Virus record (IMG/VR): IMGVR_UViG_3300035665_000200
Coordinates: 1-27,120 of that record
From: a virus
Lineage: Duplodnaviria; Caudoviricetes
Reading direction: 5' to 3' (one strand)
Length of the DNA: 27,120 nt
Shown here: piece after piece, positions 1-7,880 of the stretch
Layout: each line of letters opens with the position of its first letter
Position numbering within the stretch: the stretch's first letter is position 1
Program-made: the position numbers and the translations under genes
The notes under the pieces: model-generated
Told to the model about the DNA's origin: nothing
What the model saw: only the letters and a program-made list of their open reading frames with translations
The model's database searches: none

Positions 1-3000
1 CCATTGACGTGTAACTTGAAGGTATTTGCTGTTGTTCCAATACCAACTCCATTTTCATCAACAGAGAATTGAGTTGTTCCTGATCCAACCAGAAGTTTTG
101 CAGTCCCCGGTGAAGTTGTTGCAATTCCAACTTGATCAAAGAGACCAATATTCAATGTCTTGGAAAGACTGATTGCACCGAAACGATACCAATCATTATC
201 ATTTGTATAAATCCAACCAACATAACCACCAGCAGTTGGGTTATCAAGATAAATGATATCTCCTGGATTTCCTGCAAGAGCTGGTGTTGCAATTCCAACT
301 GTATACTTTCTAGAAACAGTTGAATCTCCCTGCAAGAACAATGAAAATGCTTCAATACCTCTTGTTGAAGTAGAGGTTACCTTGTTACTGAAGATTACTG
401 GTCCATTAAATTCTGATGTTGCTTTACCATCAGATCCACCTTCAACACGAATTGAACGTGTAAAGGATCCCTCCGTTGGGGTAATAACATTTAATCCCTG
501 TTGAGTTCCAATATCTTCACCAGTAATCGTTTGAATTGGGGTATCAAAAATTTCTTCTAATCCAGTAACTGTACTTAACTTCTTGTTACCTGCATATGAA
601 ATACCCTTATCATTCATTCCTGTGTAGAAGTTGATACCACCATTCTTTCTTGTGGACTGTGAGAGAAGTTCTTCTTGTGGAGAAATTTGACGATCTTGCT
701 TGTCTGGGAATGCAGTTGAATAGTTACCAGGACCAAATCCAACATATTCAAATGTATGCCCAGAAGCACGAATGATTGAGTGTCTTCTTAATTCAATGGG
801 TTTAATTTCAATCTTTCTTACAACTGCTCCAACAGAATGAGTTGCTGCTTTACTTCCAAGAATACCACGAAAAACTGTAATTGGATTCGTAGCACCAACA
901 ATGCTACTTGTAGAAGTTGTTGCCCTAACCCGCATTATTTCATCATCAATCATCAAATAATCACCAATATTGACATCAAGACTAGAAACTGATGTTAAGT
1001 TAATTTGATCAGTCGTTGCATTGATAATGGGACTTGAAAGTGTAGTAGTAATTCCCGCATAAATGGTAGACATTCTACCATTCAGATTTTCATTATCCAC
1101 AGTAATGACACCATCATTGGATGTTATACCTTCACGATATGCAAAGAGATTTCCTGTTGCTGTTGGGGCATTTGCAGACACTCCAATATTAATTTTAAAA
1201 GATGTGTTATTTACATTTTCAGTAACAACAAAATCTCCATTATATAAACTTTCATTTGCACCAACAATACGAACTTTACTATCAACTTTTAATCCGTGAT
1301 TATTGATTGATGTTACCAGAGCAATTCCTGTTGTATTATCATATGAAAAAGCACTGATACGAATTGCTTCTCCAGTTAGATAGACATATGCATTTGATGT
1401 ATCTGTTGCACCAATTCCTGTAGTAGTTCCAACTCCAATGGCACTGGTTGAAGTTATAATAAAACTCTTTGCTGCTCCAACTTGAACATTTGTAATTCTA
1501 TAAACATCATTAAATGGAGCATATACTTCTGAAGAAACACCAGAAATTCTTACAGTATCTCCAACATTATCATAAACACCCGTGACGGTTACAACTGCTT
1601 GAGTGTATCCAGTGGTTGTACCAACACCAACAACTGCAAGAGTATTTCCAATACCATATGCAGATCCACCATCCATAATCTTCACATCAGTAATGGTTCC
1701 AGATCCATCTACTGTGATTTTTGCTGTTGCGTGTTCACCAGTAATTGATCCCGCAAATCCAACAAGTTTTGCATTGTAGAGATCACCTGCAGTACCAGAT
1801 CCATAACCAGCACCTGCAGTTGTAAGAGTGAGTCTTGTGATACGGTTCAGTCCGTGATCAATATTTGTATGAATAGTATGAGATGTATTGCCAATACTAG
1901 AAACAATATCAGTTAAACCAACACCAACATCAGAATCTTTTAAAAACTTACCAATCGTTTCTTTAGTAATGCTGTTACGAACATCATTAACCACAACCTC
2001 TCCGATTAGAGATGATGATGCAGCACAGATTGTTTCATCAGGATCTGATTTTGGATTATCACGATTAACTTGTGGATAAAGTTCTTTGACTGGTTGAGAA
2101 AATTTTTCTTCCGTAAATGGTGCAACAGTTGGACTGTTAGACGCATTCAATATTGTAATATAGTAAACTCCATCTTGCTGTCCCGCAACATACTTTTGAG
2201 ATTCTTGTGTTCTATAGATGTAATAAGTTTCTTTGTATTGCTTTCTCTTAAAATATGGAAGAGAAGTTGTTCTTGCTGAAGTATTGTTTGAAAATGTTCC
2301 GGGACCAACTATACTTGGAATATTAACATTAAATTGCTTTGCACTACTGATTCCAATAACATCAAATGTCCCATTAAATCCAGAGTTTGCAATTCCCACT
2401 AAATTATTTGAACTTTTAATATTTACAAGTTCAACCTTAGATCCAACAGAAAGATTATGAGGAAGTTCTGTAGTAATTTTTGCAATGTTTGATGACCATT
2501 CCGCATTTGCAATGAATCTAAAATTTCTTTGTTCATTTACATTTAACAGATATCCACTTCCAAAATTTCCAAAATATGTTTCAATTTCTTCGTCTATTTG
2601 TCCGATAGAAGTATTAGATTCCTGAATAATAAATGCATCAACTGGAGGTCTTGCTACAATTGCTCCAGTGCTCTTTGGAATTACATATCTAACACGATAA
2701 AGAGTATCATTTGTTGTGCGATTATCTTGTTTACGTTTAATATAAGTTCTTGGTGTTGCTGCTCCAAGTGATGTTGATCCAAGTCCTACGATTGTGGAAT
2801 AGATATTATTCTCGGTAGATGCAGTAGCAACTTGAATATACCATTGTCCATTTGTACTATCATATTGAATTGGATGCCCAAGATCTCCAGAGTTTTTATC
2901 AGTAACTCTACTCACAATAGATAAAATTCCACCCCTATCGTTAATTGAAATTGCATTTGATGCAAGAGTAGAATCTGTTTCAGTTTTCGCAAGTTTGATT

Positions 3001-5045
3001 TGACTTGTTGATAATGTACCATCTACAGTGTTTGTGATCGCATAATAAACAGTATTTGGCACAATTCCATCAGGCAATTGTCCATTATCACTTAAAATTC
3101 TTACAGACTCTCCACTATAAAATGTATGATTACTAGTAAGATTTAAAGTGTTTCCATTAGTAACATTATTTGCAGTTCCAATCCTTGCGACAGTAAATTT
3201 CTTTTCAGAGCTGGATTGGGACCCAGACATTACAATACGAGCACTGTATTCAGCAGAAGATCCACTTGATGAAATTAAAACTTTCAGTGCATCATTTTCT
3301 CTTGCACCAATACGATATCCTTCCAATACATTTTCGGGTGGAATATCTGCGTTGGTTTGATTATAAAGATAAAGATTTCCCGTAGACGCAACACCAACAG
3401 TTTTGTTTACATCAATTGCATTAAATTCAATTGCTGTTTCCGTGAGAGGTAATTCTTTAGGAGGAATAATATGAGTAATATATCCAAAATCATCTTGAGG
3501 GAATGCATTTTTTCTAAATCCCGATGCAACTAGTGCTTTTGATCCAAAGTTAGAATTGGAGTTTGTAACAGACTGATCACCACCACTATCAGTTGAAAAA
3601 TGCTCTGCATATCCGATTGCAAAAATAGAAACGTTTTGAATGAACGCTTCATTGATAGTCTTAATATGGAAGTTACGATAAGATGGTTTAAAGATTGCTC
3701 TTGAATTGTTACTTATAGTTTCATTTCCAGGTTTGGTACTATCATCATATTCACCTGTTGCTGAATTGTAGAGAACAAAAGCATTATCATCCTTTTGAAG
3801 ACCAATTCCAGTAAATTGAGCAATGACCATTGATTTAAATCCACTTGCCTTATCACCATCAGCAAGAACACCACACATTCCATACACAGATCGCAAAGAA
3901 ATATTAAAAATATAGGGTGATGCAGAAGTAACAGTATCTGATGATAAAGTCAGTGATGCATTAGTTACACTCGGAAGTGCAAGAATTGGAGTATTTTGAA
4001 CTTGATATTTGAAATTAGTATCATCTACTCTTTCAGTAACAACAAACTGTCCATTATAAGTTGACTCGGAGACATTACGAATTCTAAATGCAGTATCAAC
4101 ATCCAAACCTGATACTACAGATGCAGTAGTAACAGTAATTGTTGTTGATGATGTTACCCCATCACCAGATTTAATGCTCGTAATTCCAACTTCACCACCA
4201 GTAGGTCCAACAATACGATATTCATCAATTTTTGGTTGAATATCTAGACTGGAACTTGGATAATCAGGTTCAATTGCACGACCAGATGATTGACCATAAG
4301 CAAGTCCAACTTTTTCATAATACATATCCAAATCTGTACGATCTGTCGTATAATTGCCAATAAAAGTATCATCAATACTTACATCATTTGTACCATCAGC
4401 ATACTCAAAGCACGTTAATTTGTGGTGAGAAAAATTAGGGACAAATAGGTTAGTAGTATAATCAATAAAACATTGTCCGTTTGGATCAGCATCAAAAATT
4501 GAAAATTGCCAAAAATAACATCCACCAGTTACACGGAAAATTGTAGATCTTTCTATATTATCATTTGTTGGATCTGGTACATATTTTGGACGAATTTTTG
4601 TTTTACGAAGATCCAATCCGACAATTGATGTGCCACGAGGAACAATCACTCCACCGTGAATACTATTCAATTTATAGAGAGTATTGCTTGATGTTGTAAC
4701 ATCAAAGTTACTTGTTAAATCAAAAGGTGGAAAATCGTTTGAAGTTGTTCCATCTCTTAATTTAAAATTATTTGATCCATCAGGAATCCATCCAGGACGG
4801 TTATCTACAATGTGATCTCCAGGATATAAAAGAATTGTGGTCTTTCCAAATCTATCATTGTTCAGTCCCCTCTGATATGAAAATCTTGATGCTTCAATGA
4901 GAGCACGTTGAATCGTTTTAAATGGACGAGTTAGTGAATTTCCCGTGTTTTCAATACTATCAGTTGAATCAAGAGAGTTTGGATCAACGTAGAGAATTGT
5001 TCCTCTTACAGACTTCAAAAAATTATCTAATCTTGAAAGACCCAT
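1..5045 (-). CDS. Giant virion structural / tail-fibre-like protein, 3'-truncated by the window edge (at least 1681 aa)
   Basis: Not in the ORF track because there is no stop inside the window. ATG at 5045 reads MGLSRLDNFLKSVRGTILYVDPNSLDSTDSIENTGNSLTRPFKTIQRALIEASRFSY. The same frame is open at every point I spot-checked and reaches ...ENGVGIGTTANTFKLHVN at position 3. The N-terminal YVDP...PFKTIQRA motif, beta-helix-like segments and VGIGTT-type repeats are typical of cyanophage fibres. An ATAAATA late-promoter box lies upstream. Confidence 0.85.
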   Translation of the reverse strand, partial: MGLSRLDNFLKSVRGTILYVDPNSLDSTDSIENTGNSLTRPFKTIQRALIEASRFSYQRGLNNDRFGKTTILLYPGDHIVDNRPGWIPDGSNNFKLRDGTTSNDFPPFDLTSNFDVTTSSNTLYKLNSIHGGVIVPRGTSIVGLDLRKTKIRPKYVPDPTNDNIERSTIFRVTGGCYFWQFSIFDADPNGQCFIDYTTNLFVPNFSHHKLTCFEYADGTNDVSIDDTFIGNYTTDRTDLDMYYEKVGLAYGQSSGRAIEPDYPSSSLDIQPKIDEYRIVGPTGGEVGITSIKSGDGVTSSTTITVTTASVVSGLDVDTAFRIRNVSESTYNGQFVVTERVDDTNFKYQVQNTPILALPSVTNASLTLSSDTVTSASPYIFNISLRSVYGMCGVLADGDKASGFKSMVIAQFTGIGLQKDDNAFVLYNSATGEYDDSTKPGNETISNNSRAIFKPSYRNFHIKTINEAFIQNVSIFAIGYAEHFSTDSGGDQSVTNSNSNFGSKALVASGFRKNAFPQDDFGYITHIIPPKELPLTETAIEFNAIDVNKTVGVASTGNLYLYNQTNADIPPENVLEGYRIGARENDALKVLISSSGSSAEYSARIVMSGSQSSSEKKFTVARIGTANNVTNGNTLNLTSNHTFYSGESVRILSDNGQLPDGIVPNTVYYAITNTVDGTLSTSQIKLAKTETDSTLASNAISINDRGGILSIVSRVTDKNSGDLGHPIQYDSTNGQWYIQVATASTENNIYSTIVGLGSTSLGAATPRTYIKRKQDNRTTNDTLYRVRYVIPKSTGAIVARPPVDAFIIQESNTSIGQIDEEIETYFGNFGSGYLLNVNEQRNFRFIANAEWSSNIAKITTELPHNLSVGSKVELVNIKSSNNLVGIANSGFNGTFDVIGISSAKQFNVNIPSIVGPGTFSNNTSARTTSLPYFKRKQYKETYYIYRTQESQKYVAGQQDGVYYITILNASNSPTVAPFTEEKFSQPVKELYPQVNRDNPKSDPDETICAASSSLIGEVVVNDVRNSITKETIGKFLKDSDVGVGLTDIVSSIGNTSHTIHTNIDHGLNRITRLTLTTAGAGYGSGTAGDLYNAKLVGFAGSITGEHATAKITVDGSGTITDVKIMDGGSAYGIGNTLAVVGVGTTTGYTQAVVTVTGVYDNVGDTVRISGVSSEVYAPFNDVYRITNVQVGAAKSFIITSTSAIGVGTTTGIGATDTSNAYVYLTGEAIRISAFSYDNTTGIALVTSINNHGLKVDSKVRIVGANESLYNGDFVVTENVNNTSFKINIGVSANAPTATGNLFAYREGITSNDGVITVDNENLNGRMSTIYAGITTTLSSPIINATTDQINLTSVSSLDVNIGDYLMIDDEIMRVRATTSTSSIVGATNPITVFRGILGSKAATHSVGAVVRKIEIKPIELRRHSIIRASGHTFEYVGFGPGNYSTAFPDKQDRQISPQEELLSQSTRKNGGINFYTGMNDKGISYAGNKKLSTVTGLEEIFDTPIQTITGEDIGTQQGLNVITPTEGSFTRSIRVEGGSDGKATSEFNGPVIFSNKVTSTSTRGIEAFSLFLQGDSTVSRKYTVGIATPALAGNPGDIIYLDNPTAGGYVGWIYTNDNDWYRFGAISLSKTLNIGLFDQVGIATTSPGTAKLLVGSGTTQFSVDENGVGIGTTANTFKLHVN

Positions 5046-5076
5046 TTTATTAGTGCTTATAGTTTCCGTTATAGAT

Positions 5077-5083
5077 TATTTAT
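5077..5083 (-). promoter_or_regulatory. T4-type late promoter (ATAAATA) for the giant fibre gene
   Basis: TATTTAT on + = ATAAATA on -, about 32 nt upstream of ATG 5045 and directly downstream of a terminator. Confidence 0.7.
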
Positions 5084-5086
5084 CAT

Positions 5087-5111
5087 ACAACAAAACCACC
5101 CGAAGGTGGTT
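5087..5111 (-). terminator. Rho-independent terminator with cUUCGg tetraloop
   Basis: Minus strand reads AACCACC-TTCG-GGTGGTT followed by TTGTTG; 7-bp stem with the T4-typical UUCG loop. Confidence 0.85.
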
Positions 5112-5148
5112 CTGAAGTCACACGGAAGGAGTTTGGTTAAGTATCACC
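5088..5148 (-). ncRNA. Candidate ~60-nt small RNA
   Basis: Lies between a sigma70-like promoter (5155-5184) and the terminator (5087-5111), with no ORF. Predicted RNA: GGUGAUACUUAACCAAACUCCUUCCGUGUGACUUCAGAACCACCUUCGGGUGGUUUU. The 5' end is inferred. Confidence 0.5.
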
Positions 5149-5766
5149 TTGATTATTATACCACTTCTCTTCCTTCCACGTCAACCTTTTTTCTAATTCT
5201 TTATCAAAAATCATTAAGTATCTATGCTTGCGACTTCTTTCCCTCCATTCACCCTCTACACCTTTCACAGAACCTCTTGAATGTTTGGTTCCATCAGCAT
5301 AATAAAAATCTTTTTTTGGGTCTGTTAACCCATAATACTTGAAATTACAAGCGCGGTAGATAATTCCGTTGTGGCGAGTAGAATCAGCGTAGCTAAGAAT
5401 AGCAGAAACATTTGCATCTTTTTTAAACCTCCGTATGCAACGACTTAAGAACCAGGATGTGATATTATATTCTTCTTTTTGTATATCTGGATCGACACAT
5501 AATCTTGAAAGTTCGTATAATCCATCTTGCTGATCACGATCTAGACCAAATGCCCCGACCGCTATTTCTGGGACGGGGATCTTAGTAAAGACGCAAGCAG
5601 CGAGACAGTTACCAACGTGCAAAAAATCACAAATATTGGATTTGAATAAACCGTAGTTGTATCCACTTTTAAAATCTTTTGATTCGTCTTTAAGATAATG
5701 ATGAGTATAAAGAAGGTTTTTGATTTCCTCTTTACACACCTTATCTATATAAAAATCAGATTTCAT
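5137..5766 (-). CDS. mom: Mom-like (GNAT-fold) DNA adenine-modification protein
   Basis: 209 aa with HHYL, YGLF, YELSRLC, SWFLSR and ILSYADSTRHNGIIYRACNFKYYG, the motif series of phage Mu Mom-family proteins. Confidence 0.7.
   Translation of the reverse strand: MKSDFYIDKVCKEEIKNLLYTHHYLKDESKDFKSGYNYGLFKSNICDFLHVGNCLAACVFTKIPVPEIAVGAFGLDRDQQDGLYELSRLCVDPDIQKEEYNITSWFLSRCIRRFKKDANVSAILSYADSTRHNGIIYRACNFKYYGLTDPKKDFYYADGTKHSRGSVKGVEGEWRERSRKHRYLMIFDKELEKRLTWKEEKWYNNQGDT
5155..5184 (-). promoter_or_regulatory. Sigma70-type promoter inside the 3' end of the mom-like gene
   Basis: TTGACG-18 nt-TATAAT with extended -10 (TGgTATAAT) on the minus strand. Confidence 0.65.
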
Positions 5767-5779
5767 TAAGTATTTGTGC

Positions 5780-5950
5780 TTAGTTTTGTTTGGATTCCAA
5801 AATATATTCTACAGTATTTGCAATGTCATTCATAGCTACACGAAGATCTGGTTGTTGTCCCGATTCTTGTCTTATCACTGGACGGGAATCTTGAGTTAAT
5901 ACCCATCTCCACTGGCTCATTTCTTTACAATACCAAAGATTAATCTTCAT
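5780..5950 (-). CDS. Small hypothetical protein (56 aa), missed by the ORF track
   Basis: MKINLWYCKEMSQWRWVLTQDSRPVIRQESGQQPDLRVAMNDIANTVEYILESKQN*. It fills the gap between co-oriented genes and overlaps the end of the upstream ORF. Confidence 0.8.
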   Translation of the reverse strand: MKINLWYCKEMSQWRWVLTQDSRPVIRQESGQQPDLRVAMNDIANTVEYILESKQN

Positions 5951-6149
5951 TCTTAAAATGCTCCAGTTTAATCCAATTTATAAGAGCATTCAATTCCATC
6001 ATAAAGGAATTATTAACTTCTACATCTGGCAAGTCTCGATACACTTCTTTAAGTTCTTTAAATGCTTCTTCTTTTCTTAATGTGTCATCACGATAATATT
6101 CTAATGCTTCAATGACAAGTTTGCGATCTTTTTGTGAGAGTAAAGACAT
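5940..6149 (-). CDS. Hypothetical protein (69 aa)
   Basis: Co-oriented ATG ORF directly after tRNA-Thr; helical charged composition (MSLLSQKDRKLVIEALEYY). Confidence 0.75.
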   Translation of the reverse strand: MSLLSQKDRKLVIEALEYYRDDTLRKEEAFKELKEVYRDLPDVEVNNSFMMELNALINWIKLEHFKNED

Positions 6150-6170
6150 AAGAGTTGTGATAAAAACTCA

Positions 6171-6242
6171 AGCCCCCGATCTGATTTGAACAGACGACCG
6201 ATGGTTTACAAAACCATTGCTCTACCACTGAGCTACAAGGGC
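6171..6242 (-). tRNA. trnT: tRNA-Thr (anticodon UGU), no encoded CCA
   Basis: GCCCTTG TAGCTCAGTGGTAGAGCA ATGGT-TTTGTAA-ACCAT CGGTC GTCTG-TTCAAAT-CAGAT CGGGGGC T; full cloverleaf, two G-U pairs in the acceptor stem. Confidence 0.93.
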
Positions 6243-6245
6243 AAA

Positions 6246-6515
6246 TTAATCAACAGGCAACATTTCAGGATTTTCCAGTTCAACGTCAAATAACATTGGA
6301 TGGCACTCCTCATCAATCAAATAGAATGATGTTCGATACAAATCTTCTGGTTCGTATCTTAATTGTTGGTCTGCTAAGTGAATAACTTCCAAATCTTGCA
6401 TTGCACAGTCGGGAAGTTCATCAAAAGTAAATGGAATATGATTTATAAAGTACATTAGAACAATTTGAGTTCCTCGATTGTACCAGCAATATGCCGTATC
6501 GATTCTGTACTTCAT
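6246..6515 (-). CDS. Hypothetical acidic protein (89 aa)
   Basis: ATG ORF between the two tRNAs, with AGGAG upstream and a CTAAATA late box. Confidence 0.8.
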   Translation of the reverse strand: MKYRIDTAYCWYNRGTQIVLMYFINHIPFTFDELPDCAMQDLEVIHLADQQLRYEPEDLYRTSFYLIDEECHPMLFDVELENPEMLPVD

Positions 6516-6537
6516 AGGATCTACTCCTACTTTTGTT

Positions 6538-6544
6538 TATTTAG
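6538..6544 (-). promoter_or_regulatory. Putative late promoter (CTAAATA)
   Basis: TAAATA core 23 nt upstream of ATG 6515, overlapping the 3' arm of the tRNA-Leu trailer hairpin. Confidence 0.5.
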
Positions 6545-6558
6545 AGTGTGAACTCTAA

Positions 6559-6631
6559 TACCTGTGGTGAGATTCGAACTCACGCTTGAAGGTTTTTAAG
6601 ACCTTTGCCTCTTCCGCTGGGCTACACAGGC
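6559..6631 (-). tRNA. trnL: tRNA-Leu (anticodon UAA), short variable loop, no intron, no CCA
   Basis: GCCTGTG TAGCCCAGCGGAAGAGGCA AAGGT-CTTAAAA-ACCTT CAAGC GTGAG-TTCGAAT-CTCAC CACAGGT A; 73 nt, discriminator A. Confidence 0.9.
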
Positions 6632-6638
6632 ATAAAAA

Positions 6639-6845
6639 TCATCCTTGATAGTTTCTTGGATGATACTTCAAATACTCATAGAATGTCAACTTCATTTCTT
6701 TTTGTGTCATACCACAGTGTTTTGCTGCAGCAGGAAGAGTCATTTTAGAATAAAACAAACCTTCATTTGCCTCTTCAACATTTTGTGACGTTGTTTTCAC
6801 AGGAGGTTCCCAAAGATTTGTTAGATTGATTTTAAATGGATACAT
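6639..6845 (-). CDS. Hypothetical protein with HTH-like segment (68 aa from ATG 6845)
   Basis: MYPFKINL...SKMTLPAAAKHCGMTQKEMKLTFYEYLK. The track's longer start at 6911 runs through a hairpin-rich spacer, so ATG 6845 is preferred. Confidence 0.7.
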   Translation of the reverse strand: MYPFKINLTNLWEPPVKTTSQNVEEANEGLFYSKMTLPAAAKHCGMTQKEMKLTFYEYLKYHPRNYQG

Positions 6846-6907
6846 ACTTTCAAAAAAGTATCGTGCGTAAAATTTTTGCCGGAAATTTTTAGACCCCTTT
6901 GGGGATT

Positions 6908-7090
6908 TCAAAGTGGATTTGCGTATGAGAGTTTTGTTTCGTCCACGGTGTTGCGAACAAAGTCTAACACGTTCATAAACTCTTCAACCGTTTCACAGGA
7001 CACTTGCTTTTCTGCCCCCTCATTAGAATACAGATACACGGTTCTCTTTACTGGGTCAACTACGCATCGTGTCAGGTACTCGTCTTGCAT
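6908..7090 (-). CDS. Hypothetical protein (60 aa)
   Basis: First ORF after a consensus sigma70 promoter; MQDEYLTRCVVDPVKRTVYLYSNEG. Confidence 0.8.
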   Translation of the reverse strand: MQDEYLTRCVVDPVKRTVYLYSNEGAEKQVSCETVEEFMNVLDFVRNTVDETKLSYANPL

Positions 7091-7116
7091 TCGGTTCGTT
7101 TGTTGATTACTGGATT

Positions 7117-7145
7117 ATCATAGCACGGTCAGGGTTGGTTGTCAA
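7117..7145 (-). promoter_or_regulatory. Sigma70-type (early) promoter
   Basis: TTGACA-17 nt-TATGAT with extended -10 TG, 27 nt upstream of ATG 7090. Confidence 0.8.
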
Positions 7146-7878
7146 GATATTCGCGGACGGTCTCTTGAATTAAGTTCTTCACATAATTGTGTTCAAAGTT
7201 AAATGAATATCCTTCATTACCATTTGGATAATCTTCGTGAGTTTTTCCTTCATATTCTACCACCAAATCATCATCAAGACGACGAGCAATAATATGATAA
7301 TCTGCATTGATTGCTCCACCAGCATTGTTACGAACAACAATTTGCTTACCCCAGCGAATTTCCTTAACAAATAATTCTTGCCAGGAACCAATAGGAGTTA
7401 AATTGATTGTAATATCTTCTGGATTTATGAGACCTTCCCAAAAAGATGGAAGATTAATAATTCCATCTTGAGATACTTTACCCCTACAATAAACAGCAAT
7501 TTCTGGTCCTTCAATACAAACGTGGCGAAGTCTCCATCCTGGTTTATTAGGATGGGGCATATCAAATGGAAGATTTTTTTTATTTGAAAGAACGTGTGCT
7601 CCACCATTTGAGCTTACGTTTCCTCCCATTACAATACTTCCTCCACCATCAAGTAAAGTATTCACTTTAAAATTATCAATCTGTGCAGACCGATGATAAT
7701 AAGGTCTACAAGCATCTGCTGGATAACGACTTTCATCTGCATTTGCATACCAGATATATTCATAGTCATTCATTGCAAGACCCCATCCGCCCGCAAATTT
7801 ATCGCAGTTTTTTCCACTTGCAGATGGTATAAATTCTCCTGGAAATTCTACATTTTCTGGTTGTCCTGGTGCTGGCAT
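7129..7878 (-). CDS. Tail-associated protein with C-terminal putative intramolecular-chaperone-like domain (paralog 2)
   Basis: 249 aa; KKNLPFDMPHPNKPGWRLRHVCIEGPEIAVYCRG...LTPIG...EYEG motif shared with 7881..8675; AGGAG RBS. Confidence 0.7.
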   Translation of the reverse strand: MPAPGQPENVEFPGEFIPSASGKNCDKFAGGWGLAMNDYEYIWYANADESRYPADACRPYYHRSAQIDNFKVNTLLDGGGSIVMGGNVSSNGGAHVLSNKKNLPFDMPHPNKPGWRLRHVCIEGPEIAVYCRGKVSQDGIINLPSFWEGLINPEDITINLTPIGSWQELFVKEIRWGKQIVVRNNAGGAINADYHIIARRLDDDLVVEYEGKTHEDYPNGNEGYSFNFEHNYVKNLIQETVREYLDNQP

Positions 7879-7880
7879 TT

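Noticed and set aside
132-3360. Short ORFs listed between 132 and 3360
   Set aside because: Antisense or off-frame shadows of the giant minus-strand ORF 5045..<1
5106-5342. 78-aa + strand ORF
   Set aside because: Antisense to the mom-like gene, starts inside a terminator hairpin, no recognisable motif
6846-6911. Extended start for the 6639..6911 ORF
   Set aside because: Non-ATG start running through inverted repeats; ATG 6845 is more plausible, though not proven
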